Positions 41,116-51,681 of a stretch of DNA of 64,000 bases are shown here, one piece after another. The notes beneath the pieces are model-generated. The model worked only from the letters and a program-made list of their open reading frames with translations, searched no databases and was not told the origin of the DNA. How positions within the stretch are numbered: the stretch's first letter is position 1; each line of letters starts with the position of its first letter. The position numbers and the translations under genes are program-made. Source of the stretch: an uncultured Gammaproteobacteria bacterium (GTDB lineage Bacteria > Patescibacteriota > Microgenomatia > Levybacterales > UBA12049); the NCBI GenBank assembly GCA_964416505.1, contig CAYQEJ010000001.1, positions 77,774 through 141,773 on the forward strand. Reading direction: 5' to 3'.

Positions 41116-42929
41116 TGATAAAAAGAATTTTTAAAAATTCCGATATCCATTTCCCTCTTTTTCTACTATTTTTTTTATTAATTGAAATAACTAATTTAAC
41201 AAAAAAGTTAGATTCAAAAATAAAAATAAACAATACTCTGGATTTCTCCTGGTCAATAGATATGATTCAAAGATTTTATTCAGGTTTTATAGCGGGTCGA
41301 GATTTCATATTTACTTATGGACCTTTATATCAATTTATAATTTCATTTCCGGGAAACTTATTAAATACACCTTCTTTTTCATCATTAATATTAAGTAGTC
41401 TAACTCTTAAACTAATTTTGCTAATTTTGATTTTCCTGTTTATAGAAAATTTATTTTCAGAAAAGAAATCAAAACTAATTTTTTTTATTTTTTTAAGCTC
41501 ACTGACTTTAATATATTCAGATTCCAATATGTCAATAAGGATTATATCTCCTTTTATTTTCTCTCTTTATTATCTTAAGTATGTTGTTCAAAAAAAGGGA
41601 AATAAAATTCAAATAGCGATAATCCATGCAGTACCCTCAATAATGGGGCTTTATATTTTTGAACTTTTTTTAACTTGTATAGTAATTATATTTTTATTTT
41701 ATTTATTTACTGCTTTAATTAATAAAAATAAATTTAAATTCAATATTCAAAAGATAATAAAAGGATTGGGAAGTTTATCGATAATATTAATTCTCGAAAT
41801 CATATTAAGCTCTATATTATCTGGGAACCTAGATTATTTTTATGATTCCATATTAACTGTCTCAGATTACAAATATATTATGAATATTCCCTTTTCCTTG
41901 AATCCTTATTTCCTATTGTTAATTTTTCCTTTTATTTTATTTTTAATTTTTATAGTTAAATTTAAAGAAAAAAAGTATAGCTTATTATCTATCATTTTAT
42001 TCATAACTGCGTTTGTTGAAATAAAATCTTCATTAATTAGAACTGATGAGGGACATATCTTACAGTCTGTTATTCCGAGCATAATAATCTTAATTTATAT
42101 AATTTATCAAAGATTTAAGTTTAATCGTTTATTTTTAGCAATCTCGATAGGCATAATCACACTTAATTTATTTTCAAACATCCAAACTCTTACTCCTAAT
42201 AATTTTTTGAAATTATATGATTTAACTCGCGAAAATACTAATTTCTTTGATTTATACAAAATTTATCCCCAATTTTATACAAAATCGAACCTAGATAAAA
42301 TAACTCTGACAATAAATAGTTCTAAATCAATCTTAATTTATCCTTATGATAATTTTCTTCTAAATATTAATAGAAAAACATTTAATACTTATTCTTTACA
42401 ATTTTATGATTGGTCCGGCTCTAAAGTTGAAGAAAAAACTGTAGAAAAAATTGCTCTAAATCCTCCAAATAAAATAATTTATATGATCGACAAAAAAGGT
42501 GTGATTCCGTTAGATAATATCCCAAATATTTCAAGAAATCCTTATATAAATAAATGGATAATAAATAATTATTCAGTAGAATCAAATAATAAAAGTTATC
42601 TTGTGCTTAAATTTGATAAAAAAGGGGCGAAATATATTAATTCTGATTGTAAATTATATGACTTAGAAATAAAAGATAATTTGTTACTATTTGAGAATTT
42701 AATCAAACCATCTAGTTACTACTTAGAAAATGATGAATACCTTAGACTACCTGTATCAACAAAACGAAATATTTTTGTATTTGAAAACTTTTCCAATGCA
42801 TCTGAAATGGAAAAATTAATAAATAGTAATATTTCAAAAGCGGAGGAAAAAGGAAAAGATAAAAAAATTATAAAGAAATTTTCAGTTTCAGTAAAAAAAG
42901 AGGTAGAAAATTCAGTTAATTGTTATTAA
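41115..42929 (+). CDS. Hypothetical polytopic membrane protein with C-terminal soluble domain
   Basis: About 12 N-terminal TM helices followed by a ~250-aa hydrophilic domain. No recognisable motifs. ATG overlaps the upstream stop (ATGA). Confidence 0.45.
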   Translation: MIKRIFKNSDIHFPLFLLFFLLIEITNLTKKLDSKIKINNTLDFSWSIDMIQRFYSGFIAGRDFIFTYGPLYQFIISFPGNLLNTPSFSSLILSSLTLKLILLILIFLFIENLFSEKKSKLIFFIFLSSLTLIYSDSNMSIRIISPFIFSLYYLKYVVQKKGNKIQIAIIHAVPSIMGLYIFELFLTCIVIIFLFYLFTALINKNKFKFNIQKIIKGLGSLSIILILEIILSSILSGNLDYFYDSILTVSDYKYIMNIPFSLNPYFLLLIFPFILFLIFIVKFKEKKYSLLSIILFITAFVEIKSSLIRTDEGHILQSVIPSIIILIYIIYQRFKFNRLFLAISIGIITLNLFSNIQTLTPNNFLKLYDLTRENTNFFDLYKIYPQFYTKSNLDKITLTINSSKSILIYPYDNFLLNINRKTFNTYSLQFYDWSGSKVEEKTVEKIALNPPNKIIYMIDKKGVIPLDNIPNISRNPYINKWIINNYSVESNNKSYLVLKFDKKGAKYINSDCKLYDLEIKDNLLLFENLIKPSSYYLENDEYLRLPVSTKRNIFVFENFSNASEMEKLINSNISKAEEKGKDKKIIKKFSVSVKKEVENSVNCY

Positions 42930-43986
42930 TATTCAAATATTGATCCCAGATTTGATCAATTCCTTTTGAAACGCTTACTTGCGGTTTCCATTTAAGTTTA
43001 TTTTTTACTTTAGAAGTATCGGTAATGTATATCTTTTGATCTGCAGGTCTCCATGGAAAATGCTTAAGCTTTAGCTTGTTTCCACCTTTTTTATTTAAGT
43101 GTTCTATAACCTCAATCAAACTTGCAGTATTCTCAACTCCTCCCCCTACATTGAAAACCTCACCTTTTACACTATCTATTTTTTCCAATTCTGATAGATA
43201 AACTTCAGCTACATCGGTTCCGAAAAGACAATCTCTCACCTGCTTACCGTCTCCATAAATATTTAGTGGAGAATCATTAATTTTTGCTCTCACAAACCAA
43301 TCTAGCCATCCTTGATCTTCTACGCCTTTTTGATAAAGACCATAAATACAACTCATTCTATTCACGACTGTAGGCAAATCATATATATGAAAATATTCCT
43401 GACAATATAAATCTGCAGAAGCCTTAGAAACACCATACGGACTGTGGGGAAAAACTCCTCCGCTATCCATTGGGAATTTCTCATTTACTCCATTTTTCGT
43501 TATTCCTTCAATGACTGCTTTCCTGACGTTTTTTGATTTTGACTTAAAATTCCATTCATACCTAGTTTTCTTTTCTTTAAGGGGTATCAAATTGATTTCT
43601 TCGGAGTATATTTTATTAGTAGAAGCGAATATGACGGGAATTAATCCATTTATTCTTGCATGCTCTAGAATATTTAAAGTCCCTTGGGCGTTTACTGAGA
43701 AATCATAAGAAGGCCATTTAATTGACCATGGAATTCCTGGATTTCCAGCTAAGTGGATAATTCCGGCCAATTTTTTTGGGAGTCTTTCAAAATCATGAAC
43801 ATTTCTTACATCTCCTCTTACTACTTCAATATTATTCTTTTTTAGAATTTGCGCATTTTCTTCTGTAAAAGGTCTAATGAGGGAATCAAATGCTATAACT
43901 GAATATCCTTTTTTCTTAGCTAATAATGAAATATTTGTTCCAATAAACCCACAACCACCTGTAATAACTATCTTTTTCATTACCAA
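42916..43986 (-). CDS. NAD-dependent sugar epimerase/dehydratase (SDR; CDP-paratose 2-epimerase/UDP-sugar epimerase-like)
   Basis: Rossmann motif ITGGCGFIGTN and catalytic YGVSK (YxxxK). 356 aa. Confidence 0.85.
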   Translation of the reverse strand: MVMKKIVITGGCGFIGTNISLLAKKKGYSVIAFDSLIRPFTEENAQILKKNNIEVVRGDVRNVHDFERLPKKLAGIIHLAGNPGIPWSIKWPSYDFSVNAQGTLNILEHARINGLIPVIFASTNKIYSEEINLIPLKEKKTRYEWNFKSKSKNVRKAVIEGITKNGVNEKFPMDSGGVFPHSPYGVSKASADLYCQEYFHIYDLPTVVNRMSCIYGLYQKGVEDQGWLDWFVRAKINDSPLNIYGDGKQVRDCLFGTDVAEVYLSELEKIDSVKGEVFNVGGGVENTASLIEVIEHLNKKGGNKLKLKHFPWRPADQKIYITDTSKVKNKLKWKPQVSVSKGIDQIWDQYLNINNN

Positions 43987-44037
43987 AAGATATTAGTTCA
44001 AAAACCTAAAAATGTAAATATGTATTAACACAGCAGC

Positions 44038-45336
44038 CTATCTGGCATTTATTGTTTTTCGAAAAACTAATGCAACAGAATATACACATAGGGGTGCAAC
44101 ATGTAAAGCAAGCCTCTGTAATGAGCTAGAAGGCTCATAAATACTAATAAATAGGTAAATCGCTATGTAAAAAAACAATTGAGAAAGAATAAGAAAATTA
44201 ATTACTAACATTTCGCTAGATTTTAGTGCTTTACCAAAGAATAAAGAGAAAAAGTAAATTGGCCAAAGAATATTCCAGGTTTTTAAATTCAAACTTTCTT
44301 TGATAAATTCAAGAAAAATATGAAAAGATTTAAAAAAATAAAAACTTACTCCTCTTCCATCAGGTAAGCTAGTAATCTGATTTGTCTTTTTAAAATATTC
44401 CCATAAAAATACTGGGGAGAATAAAATAATTAATAAAAATATATGCTTTAACTTTCTAAATTTAATTAGAGAAATACTAATAATAGCTAAGCAAACCAAA
44501 ACAAAAAGAATACCTTCTAATTTAATAAGCCATGTAAAAGCCAAAAATAAAGAAAGAAGTACAAGTGTTTTGTTTTTTTTATCTTTTATATACTCCAGAA
44601 GCAATAAACTGCTGGATAGAAAAAAGTAAGCGAGAGGAAGATCCGCTTGACCTACTTCAATTCTTCCCCCATGTCTGGTAAAGTTCTGTATTCCTACTAG
44701 AAATAGCGTAAAAAATAATGCATACCTTAGGCTTACCCTCTCTCTTAAAGCACTGTAAAAGAGAATAACCATAAAAAAATAAAATGCAAAAAATGAAATC
44801 AATACAGATACATCGTTTACTTTTCCTAAAATTAAATAATCAAATAACCCCAATAGACTAAGAATTAAAGGATATGAAGAATGAATGTACATTAAAGAAG
44901 CAGGGACTATTTTTCCATCAAGAAAGAAAAACTTCGATTTATTAAGCCAGATCGCCCATCCATCCCATGTTGAAAGAGGCCTTATTATAGATTCAATAAA
45001 TGTATAAATTGTCTGTGCAAAAATAAGTAACAGAATTGATAAATCAATTTTTTTTAGTTTTGTTTTTTTTAATTTGATTTTAAAAGTTTGCTTTTTTAAA
45101 AATAAAATTATCGAGATAATAATTATCCAGAATAAAATAATAAATTTTATATTCCATCCAAAATTTAAAATATTTAACAAAAATAATTGCTGCGATACTA
45201 TTCCAACTCCCATTCCATAAGATAAGCCAAAAATGTACATATTTTTTTTATTCGGCAATAAATCAAACCCTTTTATTAAAATAAAACCGATTAACGATAA
45301 AAATATTGTTACTAAAATAATTAGCAAGTTATTCAT
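44038..45336 (-). CDS. Hypothetical polytopic membrane protein (GT-C-like)
   Basis: 432 aa, at least 11 hydrophobic helices, very I/L/F-rich. Paralogous in style to the other large membrane proteins in the cluster. Confidence 0.45.
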   Translation of the reverse strand: MNNLLIILVTIFLSLIGFILIKGFDLLPNKKNMYIFGLSYGMGVGIVSQQLFLLNILNFGWNIKFIILFWIIIISIILFLKKQTFKIKLKKTKLKKIDLSILLLIFAQTIYTFIESIIRPLSTWDGWAIWLNKSKFFFLDGKIVPASLMYIHSSYPLILSLLGLFDYLILGKVNDVSVLISFFAFYFFMVILFYSALRERVSLRYALFFTLFLVGIQNFTRHGGRIEVGQADLPLAYFFLSSSLLLLEYIKDKKNKTLVLLSLFLAFTWLIKLEGILFVLVCLAIISISLIKFRKLKHIFLLIILFSPVFLWEYFKKTNQITSLPDGRGVSFYFFKSFHIFLEFIKESLNLKTWNILWPIYFFSLFFGKALKSSEMLVINFLILSQLFFYIAIYLFISIYEPSSSLQRLALHVAPLCVYSVALVFRKTINAR

Positions 45337-45757
45337 TTTTATAAATTGTCCAAAAGGAATTTCCTCTCTTAGATTTTTCTATTTTTTGTATTCTAAAACC
45401 CTTTATTTTTCTTTCTATATTAAATAGCGCAACGTATTTATAATTTTCAAAATGCATGAATTTGTCTATCTCTTTTTCTGAAATTACCTCTACTTTTTTT
45501 GGATACAAATAGTAAGCTCCTAAATAAAACGTTCTAACATCATTACTTACTATCAATATTTTCTCGTTATCCGTATTCTCATTAATAAAAATAAAGAAAT
45601 GATAAAGGTCCCCAAAAATTTTATATCTTTTTTCTTGATCAGAAATAAATACCCATTCTTTAACTTCCGATCTTAATTTAAAAGCATTTAAGAAAATGGC
45701 AGCAATTGAGGTTAGGGTCCAAAGGGCAATTAAAATAATGAAGATTTTCTTACCCAT
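45329..45757 (-). CDS. Hypothetical protein with N-terminal signal-anchor
   Basis: 142 aa, one N-terminal TM. No motifs. Confidence 0.4.
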   Translation of the reverse strand: MGKKIFIILIALWTLTSIAAIFLNAFKLRSEVKEWVFISDQEKRYKIFGDLYHFFIFINENTDNEKILIVSNDVRTFYLGAYYLYPKKVEVISEKEIDKFMHFENYKYVALFNIERKIKGFRIQKIEKSKRGNSFWTIYKNE

Positions 45758-45759
45758 TA

Positions 45760-47541
45760 ATGAGTATTGTGTGCAGAGAATTTAGATTATATTATAGCAT
45801 GGTGCAAGAACCAATAAGCATAGTTATCGTAAGCCTTTTTAGTCTTTCTGTTGTATTCTTGTTATTTTTTATTTTGAAATATATTTTCAAAAAACCTCTA
45901 AATGCTTTTTTTATCGTACTGCTTCTTTCTATCCCTCCCATCATAAGCGTTTTCAGAATAGGAGTTTACGAAAGCGGAGATTTTTCACTTCATATTTATA
46001 GAACTATCTCTTTTTTTGAGAACTTAAAAGCTATGAATTTTTCCCCTTCCTGGGGGTATATGTTGAATGGTGGATTTGGATATCCACTATTTCTCTTTAT
46101 TAATCCAATTCCATACTATTTAATTTCAATCTTTCATTTTCTAGGACTTTCATTTATATGGAGCATGAAATCTTATCTTATTTTTTCATATATTTTCTCA
46201 GGAATTTCAATGTATTTATTTACAAAAAAAACTTTTAAAAATGAACTTGCTGCGCTAACTTCTGCAATTTTTTATCTATACACTCCATATCATTTAATTG
46301 ACATGCATTTTAGAGTTGATATCGGTGAAATATTTGCATTCGCTCTTTTTCCAACTCTTTGCTTATTTTTAGTAAAAGCCATAGAAAATAAAAAAGGCAC
46401 AGATTACATTTTGCTAGGAATAGCATGGGGACTATTTATTCTCACACATCAAGCAATTGCAATTTTGTCATTACTTTTTTTTGGAATTTTTATCTTGTTT
46501 GGTTTTATAGGGTTTGGCCTGAAAACAATGAAAGAAAATTATAAAATAATATTCTCATTTTTAATCGGTCTAATAATTTCTTCCTACTCCTGGACGTCTT
46601 ACTTAACCTATTCCCAATACACAATGATTAAAAAAGTAGTATTTGACATAAATTTATTTAATATTTCAGATTTACTATTCACTAAGTGGAGACTTGGATT
46701 TTTGTTTCAAGGTCCACATGGAGAATTAGGTCATATCATTGGGTACACTCAGGTAATTATTTTCATATATTTCATATATTTAATACTTTTAAAAAAAATT
46801 AAAAGAAATAAAAAAACCGCTATATTTCTACTTTCATCTATTACACTCTTAACATTTATGATAACCCCAAGCTCTTACCTTATATGGCAAACAGTTCCTA
46901 TGATAAAAAACGTCCTACTTTCCTATAGACTTTTATTGTTCATAGGATTCTCTACCTCAGTCCTCGCAGGATTATTAACATTTGAAATAAAGAATAAAAA
47001 AATAGTTTATTTATTAATTTTTATAACTATCTCATACACTATTCTTAATTGGGGAAATAGAAGAGTAATTCCTCAAATTAATGATTCCTACCTAATCTCA
47101 AATTTGGGATCTAGCACATCAGCCGGAGAGGGATTAGGAGGTCTTGGAAATCCAATATGGACAGGAGACAAAATAGCATGGAAGAGTAAATATAATGAAA
47201 AAGTTGAAATTTTAAATGGTGACGGAAAAATTTCCCAAATTCTTGAGACTCCAACATCTAATTTATATCTGATTGATGCTAATACAAATCTTAAGATAAA
47301 TGAAAATACATGGTATTTTCCAGGTTGGCGTGCTTTTTTAAATAACAAAGAAATTCAGATTATCCCTGACAATAAAACCCATCCGGGAATCATAAATCTC
47401 TACATACCTCAAGGACTTTGGAAACTTGAGATTAAATATGAAGATTTAATATATCTAAAAATCTTAAAGATAATTAGTTTTAGTTCTTTAGGATTTTTTA
47501 TTTTGTTTTACCTTAAGAAGAGATATTTTAATTCTTCCTGA
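45760..47541 (+). CDS. Hypothetical polytopic membrane protein (GT-C-like) with C-terminal soluble beta-rich domain
   Basis: 593 aa, about 13 TMs then a ~170-aa hydrophilic C-terminus. The start is only 2 nt from the divergent gene start at 45757, so the true start may be the downstream ATG at 45799. Confidence 0.45.
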   Translation: MSIVCREFRLYYSMVQEPISIVIVSLFSLSVVFLLFFILKYIFKKPLNAFFIVLLLSIPPIISVFRIGVYESGDFSLHIYRTISFFENLKAMNFSPSWGYMLNGGFGYPLFLFINPIPYYLISIFHFLGLSFIWSMKSYLIFSYIFSGISMYLFTKKTFKNELAALTSAIFYLYTPYHLIDMHFRVDIGEIFAFALFPTLCLFLVKAIENKKGTDYILLGIAWGLFILTHQAIAILSLLFFGIFILFGFIGFGLKTMKENYKIIFSFLIGLIISSYSWTSYLTYSQYTMIKKVVFDINLFNISDLLFTKWRLGFLFQGPHGELGHIIGYTQVIIFIYFIYLILLKKIKRNKKTAIFLLSSITLLTFMITPSSYLIWQTVPMIKNVLLSYRLLLFIGFSTSVLAGLLTFEIKNKKIVYLLIFITISYTILNWGNRRVIPQINDSYLISNLGSSTSAGEGLGGLGNPIWTGDKIAWKSKYNEKVEILNGDGKISQILETPTSNLYLIDANTNLKINENTWYFPGWRAFLNNKEIQIIPDNKTHPGIINLYIPQGLWKLEIKYEDLIYLKILKIISFSSLGFFILFYLKKRYFNSS

Positions 47542-49147
47542 GCACATAATTTCCTAAAACTAGAATATCCATCCCAGTTCCACTAAAAACTGAGATTGCG
47601 TCTTTAGGAGAGCATGCGATAGGCATATTCATTATATTAAGACTCGTATTTAACACTACTCCCATCCCAGATTTTTCTTTCATTTTTTTTATTAAATCAT
47701 AATAAATTCTATTTTCTTTTCGAGTAACCGACTGAACCCTTGCTGTATTATCTACATGAGTTATAGCAGGTAGTTTTTTTGTTTTGACATCAAAAGTCAG
47801 AGTCATATATGGAGATTTATAAAAATCTTTAAAATAAATCTCAGCATCTTCTTCTAAAACGCTAGGAGCAAATGGCCTAAAAGTCTCGCGAAACTTTATA
47901 AGCCTATTTAATTTATCTTTCATTTCTAGATTTGCAGGATTCGCTAAAATCGATCTGTTACCTAATGCTCGTGATCCAAATTCAAGTCTTCCCTGAAACC
48001 ATCCAACAATTTCGTTATTTAAAATTCTTTCCACTACAAAATTTATCAAATCATTATCATTTAAATATTCATAATTAAGTTTTAAAGTATCTAGATCTTT
48101 TTTTATTTCTCTGTTTGTATAATTTGGTCCAAGATATGGAGATTGTAATTTTTCGAATTTGAACCCTAAGTTATTTGCAACATGAAGAGCTGCACCAAAC
48201 GCAGTTCCAGGATCATCTGCAACTGGGGGAATAAAAATATTTTCTATATATTCTGATTTCAATAAGGCAGAATTCATTATACAGTTTAGCGCTACACCAC
48301 CCGACAAACACAGATTTTTTGAATCCTCTTTATCGCTAAGATTTTTAAGAAGCTCCAAACAAGCCTCTTCAAGTTTTTTTTGAGCTGCATAAGCAATGTC
48401 TTTTTCGCGCTGCGTAACTGGGTCTGTACTTAATCTATTTTTTCCAAGAACTTCTTTAAGCTTTTTAGTGAATCTTGGTTGTTGTCTTGAAACCGAATTT
48501 TGAAATATCTTTTCATCCAACTTATATTCTCCGTTCTTTACAATAAGTATTTTGTCCATTTTTTCCTTCAAATCTTTTCTGTATTTACCATAGCTTGCTA
48601 ATCCCATCACTTTATACTCATCTCTATTCATGTCAAAACCTAAAAACTGAGTTATCAAAGAATAAAAAATACCCAAACTATTTGGTTTCTCAAATGTCTT
48701 CAAGCATTTGATTCTTCTTCCTTTTCCATATCCTAGCGTCGTTGAAATATTGTCACCGGAATAGTCTATTGTCATTATTTTTGCTTCTTTAAATCCAGAA
48801 ATCAGATATGCGCTTGCTCTATGCGCTGCATGATGATCAACTAGTTTAATCTTAGGACAGTAACCAAATTGAAATTCCATATACTCTTTAATATCGTTCG
48901 TAATGTTGGTATATGTGTTGACGTAAAAAGCTAAATAATCCACTTCTTTAATAGATATACCTGCTTTTTTTAAGCAAAACTGAATAGATTTTTTAGGAAA
49001 TTGCCCAGGTGCGTGCTTTACCCTAATCAACCTTTCCTCCTCAACAGCAGCAATTATTTTTGAATTTTTAATAAGTACCGCAGCGCCATCATGATTAACG
49101 GTAAAACTTCCACTCACTCCTAAAATATAAATATCCTTTTTTTTCAT
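47528..49147 (-). CDS. Carbamoyltransferase, NodU/CmcH family
   Basis: N-terminus ILGVSGSFTVNHDGAAVLIKNSKIIAAVEEERLIRVKHAPGQFP and the HHAAHRASAY motif are diagnostic of NodU/CmcH O-carbamoyltransferases. 539 aa. Confidence 0.85.
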   Translation of the reverse strand: MKKKDIYILGVSGSFTVNHDGAAVLIKNSKIIAAVEEERLIRVKHAPGQFPKKSIQFCLKKAGISIKEVDYLAFYVNTYTNITNDIKEYMEFQFGYCPKIKLVDHHAAHRASAYLISGFKEAKIMTIDYSGDNISTTLGYGKGRRIKCLKTFEKPNSLGIFYSLITQFLGFDMNRDEYKVMGLASYGKYRKDLKEKMDKILIVKNGEYKLDEKIFQNSVSRQQPRFTKKLKEVLGKNRLSTDPVTQREKDIAYAAQKKLEEACLELLKNLSDKEDSKNLCLSGGVALNCIMNSALLKSEYIENIFIPPVADDPGTAFGAALHVANNLGFKFEKLQSPYLGPNYTNREIKKDLDTLKLNYEYLNDNDLINFVVERILNNEIVGWFQGRLEFGSRALGNRSILANPANLEMKDKLNRLIKFRETFRPFAPSVLEEDAEIYFKDFYKSPYMTLTFDVKTKKLPAITHVDNTARVQSVTRKENRIYYDLIKKMKEKSGMGVVLNTSLNIMNMPIACSPKDAISVFSGTGMDILVLGNYVLRKN

Positions 49148-49214
49148 TAGTTCCTTAATTAAAATGTGAGTTGTATTATAATATAGCGATTATTTACTAA
49201 CAATTATCTAATTA

Positions 49215-49940
49215 ATGAAAAAGCTATTTCTATCTTTTTGTATTCCCGTCTATAACGAAGAAGATTTAATTCTAAAAAATCTTAAAAAGATTATAAAAAA
49301 CCTAGATGAATTAGTAGGGAAAAATAACTACGAAATCCTTTTTGCCGAAAATGGAAGTACCGATAAAACCAGAGATGTTTTAAAGCAAGTAAAAAATAAA
49401 AATGTAAAATATTTTACTATAGGGAAAAAAGGGCATGGTCTTGCAATGAAATCATTAGTAGAAAATGCCAAAGGAGAAAATATTTTATTATCAGCGATAG
49501 ATCTACCATTTGGATTTTCTGATTTAAAAAACATGCTTCCTCTTTCCAGTAAATTTAATGTTATTTTTGGTTCAAAAAAACATAAAGATTCAAAATTACA
49601 TTATCCTTTAAGAAGAAAAATTTCATCAAAAATTTATATGAGTCTTTTGAAATTTCTTTTTAGAGTAAACATTAGAGATACACAGGGTTCAATTTTTATC
49701 AATAAAGAAAGCGTAAGAAAATTCATAGATCTATGCGATTCAGATAATGCCTTCTTTTGTTCTCAGATCGCAATTTATTCTATAAAAAATAATCTCTCTG
49801 TATGTGAAGTTCCAATTGAAATGGACAAAAAATCTATAAGGAAATCCAAATATAAGATTGTTGGAGATGGTAGTAAAATGCTTAGATCAATGATTCGTGA
49901 ATATATTAGGAGTCAGTTTTTTTTCCAAAGATCTAAATAA
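49215..49940 (+). CDS. GT2 glycosyltransferase (polyprenyl-phosphate sugar synthase-like)
   Basis: LSFCIPVYNEEDLI...LFAENGSTDKT...SAIDLPF; 241 aa GT-A. Confidence 0.7.
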   Translation: MKKLFLSFCIPVYNEEDLILKNLKKIIKNLDELVGKNNYEILFAENGSTDKTRDVLKQVKNKNVKYFTIGKKGHGLAMKSLVENAKGENILLSAIDLPFGFSDLKNMLPLSSKFNVIFGSKKHKDSKLHYPLRRKISSKIYMSLLKFLFRVNIRDTQGSIFINKESVRKFIDLCDSDNAFFCSQIAIYSIKNNLSVCEVPIEMDKKSIRKSKYKIVGDGSKMLRSMIREYIRSQFFFQRSK

Positions 49941-50911
49941 ACCTCAGAGACATTTTCCCAGGTTTGCTTTTTAGCCCATAAATATCCTTTTTTTGTAAAT
50001 TTATCAATTTCTTTTGGATTATTTAAAAAATATTTTATTTTCCTTACAAGGTTTTCTGAACTATCTGCGCAAATAATAAATTTATGAAATGGAGACATTT
50101 TTAGATAATCTTCTTTTACTGGATTATCATACATTGCAAAAACAAGTCTTTTATTTATTAATGCCTCCAAAATAGATAAGTATCTACTTACAAAAGCAAA
50201 ATTATTTCTAATTAAATAATCTTCAACGTTCTCTTTAAAACCTGTAGGATTATATTCTTTAAGTTTTTCAAAAAAATTTCCATCTCCAACTATCTTAAAT
50301 CTAAATTTAGGATAATCTTTTTTAAGCAAATCAATAGCTTTAGCATAATCTAGTACATTTGTTTGCTCATCTAGCCTTCCAATGAAAACTGCCGATTGCC
50401 GGTTTGTAATTTTTTTTTGTTTTCCTGGCTTCACTCCCCCGTAAATTATATAATCAGCATTAGTGAAGTACCATTTTTTTATAAACTCCCCTACTACAAT
50501 ATTCCCATTTGCAATTATTTCAGATAACTTTCTGATTAATATTGCTTTTTTTGATATTGGATAATTTTCATACCCATGAAATGTTATAAAACTTTTTTTA
50601 CCCGGAAACAATAATCTAAGAGGTAAATATTGATAATAGACATCATGGGCGTGAACTATCTTTGCCTTGCTAAAAATATTTTTATTTTTTATAAACCAAT
50701 ACCAGATAAAAAATTTTCTCAACTTACCTACGCTACTTTGAGGGATTCTAATTATTTTAATTCCCTCTAATTCGTTATCTTCACCCTGAGATTCTGTAAT
50801 TACGGTTACTTTATGATTCTTTTTTATCAATATTTTAGAAATTTCATAGACATGTTTTTCCACTCCACCAATGTCCGGATAAAACCTTCTGGTTAAAAAA
50901 ATAATTCTCAT
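49913..50911 (-). CDS. Glycosyltransferase family 4 (GT-B) protein
   Basis: MRIIFLTRRFYPDIGGVEKHV is a GT4 N-terminal motif; 332 aa. Confidence 0.7.
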   Translation of the reverse strand: MRIIFLTRRFYPDIGGVEKHVYEISKILIKKNHKVTVITESQGEDNELEGIKIIRIPQSSVGKLRKFFIWYWFIKNKNIFSKAKIVHAHDVYYQYLPLRLLFPGKKSFITFHGYENYPISKKAILIRKLSEIIANGNIVVGEFIKKWYFTNADYIIYGGVKPGKQKKITNRQSAVFIGRLDEQTNVLDYAKAIDLLKKDYPKFRFKIVGDGNFFEKLKEYNPTGFKENVEDYLIRNNFAFVSRYLSILEALINKRLVFAMYDNPVKEDYLKMSPFHKFIICADSSENLVRKIKYFLNNPKEIDKFTKKGYLWAKKQTWENVSEVYLDLWKKN

Positions 50912-51675
50912 AATTTAATCGCTTTTATTACAATATTATTTGGATTTTTTCGTTTAATGATTTTTGATACAAATTTTTTGAATAGATAATTATCTGAAAA
51001 TGCAAAAAATGTTTTTGATGCTAGGACCCTGAACCCCGCAATCTCCAACTCTGCTTTTATTAAATTTTCGTCATATGTCCTAACATGTCCGCTTGGGTTA
51101 TTTTTCATTTTATTTAGTCCTTCATTCATTGGAACTGAAACAATCAATGTTCCTCCAATTTTCATCAATAAATTTACTTTGCTCAAAACAGAAAATGTTT
51201 TACTTGGAGGAATATGTTCTAGAACCTCTAAAATAAGAACTGCATCGAAAAAATTAGGTTTATAATTAAGAGTATAAATTGATTGCAGTGAAAATTCTCC
51301 TTTATACTTTTTTTTAAGAATTACCAGTGACCTTTTAGAAAAATCATTTGCATAAAGATTAATGTTTTTATCTCCACTTATCAGTTCTTCAATAAATCCC
51401 ATCCCTGCACCTATATCAAGAACTCGAATTTGTTTTCTTGGTAAAAATCTTACTGCTGTTTTTATTCTATCTTTAGTCATCCCATCTTGATCTGATAATT
51501 TAACATCTTTAGAATAGATATCGTCCCAAAGCTTTGGAGTATTTAAATCTTTAATCTCGGGATATTTTTTTATATAAGTTTCTGCTAACTCTTTATATTT
51601 TTTTGCTGAAGCCAAATTTTGACGTTTTCTTTCTATTTCAAATGGAGAATCTTTCATAAGAGAGAATTTTACCAT
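50908..51675 (-). CDS. Class I SAM-dependent methyltransferase
   Basis: Motif I VLDIGAGMGFIEELI, AVLILEVLEHI. Confidence 0.75.
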   Translation of the reverse strand: MVKFSLMKDSPFEIERKRQNLASAKKYKELAETYIKKYPEIKDLNTPKLWDDIYSKDVKLSDQDGMTKDRIKTAVRFLPRKQIRVLDIGAGMGFIEELISGDKNINLYANDFSKRSLVILKKKYKGEFSLQSIYTLNYKPNFFDAVLILEVLEHIPPSKTFSVLSKVNLLMKIGGTLIVSVPMNEGLNKMKNNPSGHVRTYDENLIKAELEIAGFRVLASKTFFAFSDNYLFKKFVSKIIKRKNPNNIVIKAIKL

Positions 51676-51681
51676 AAATTT

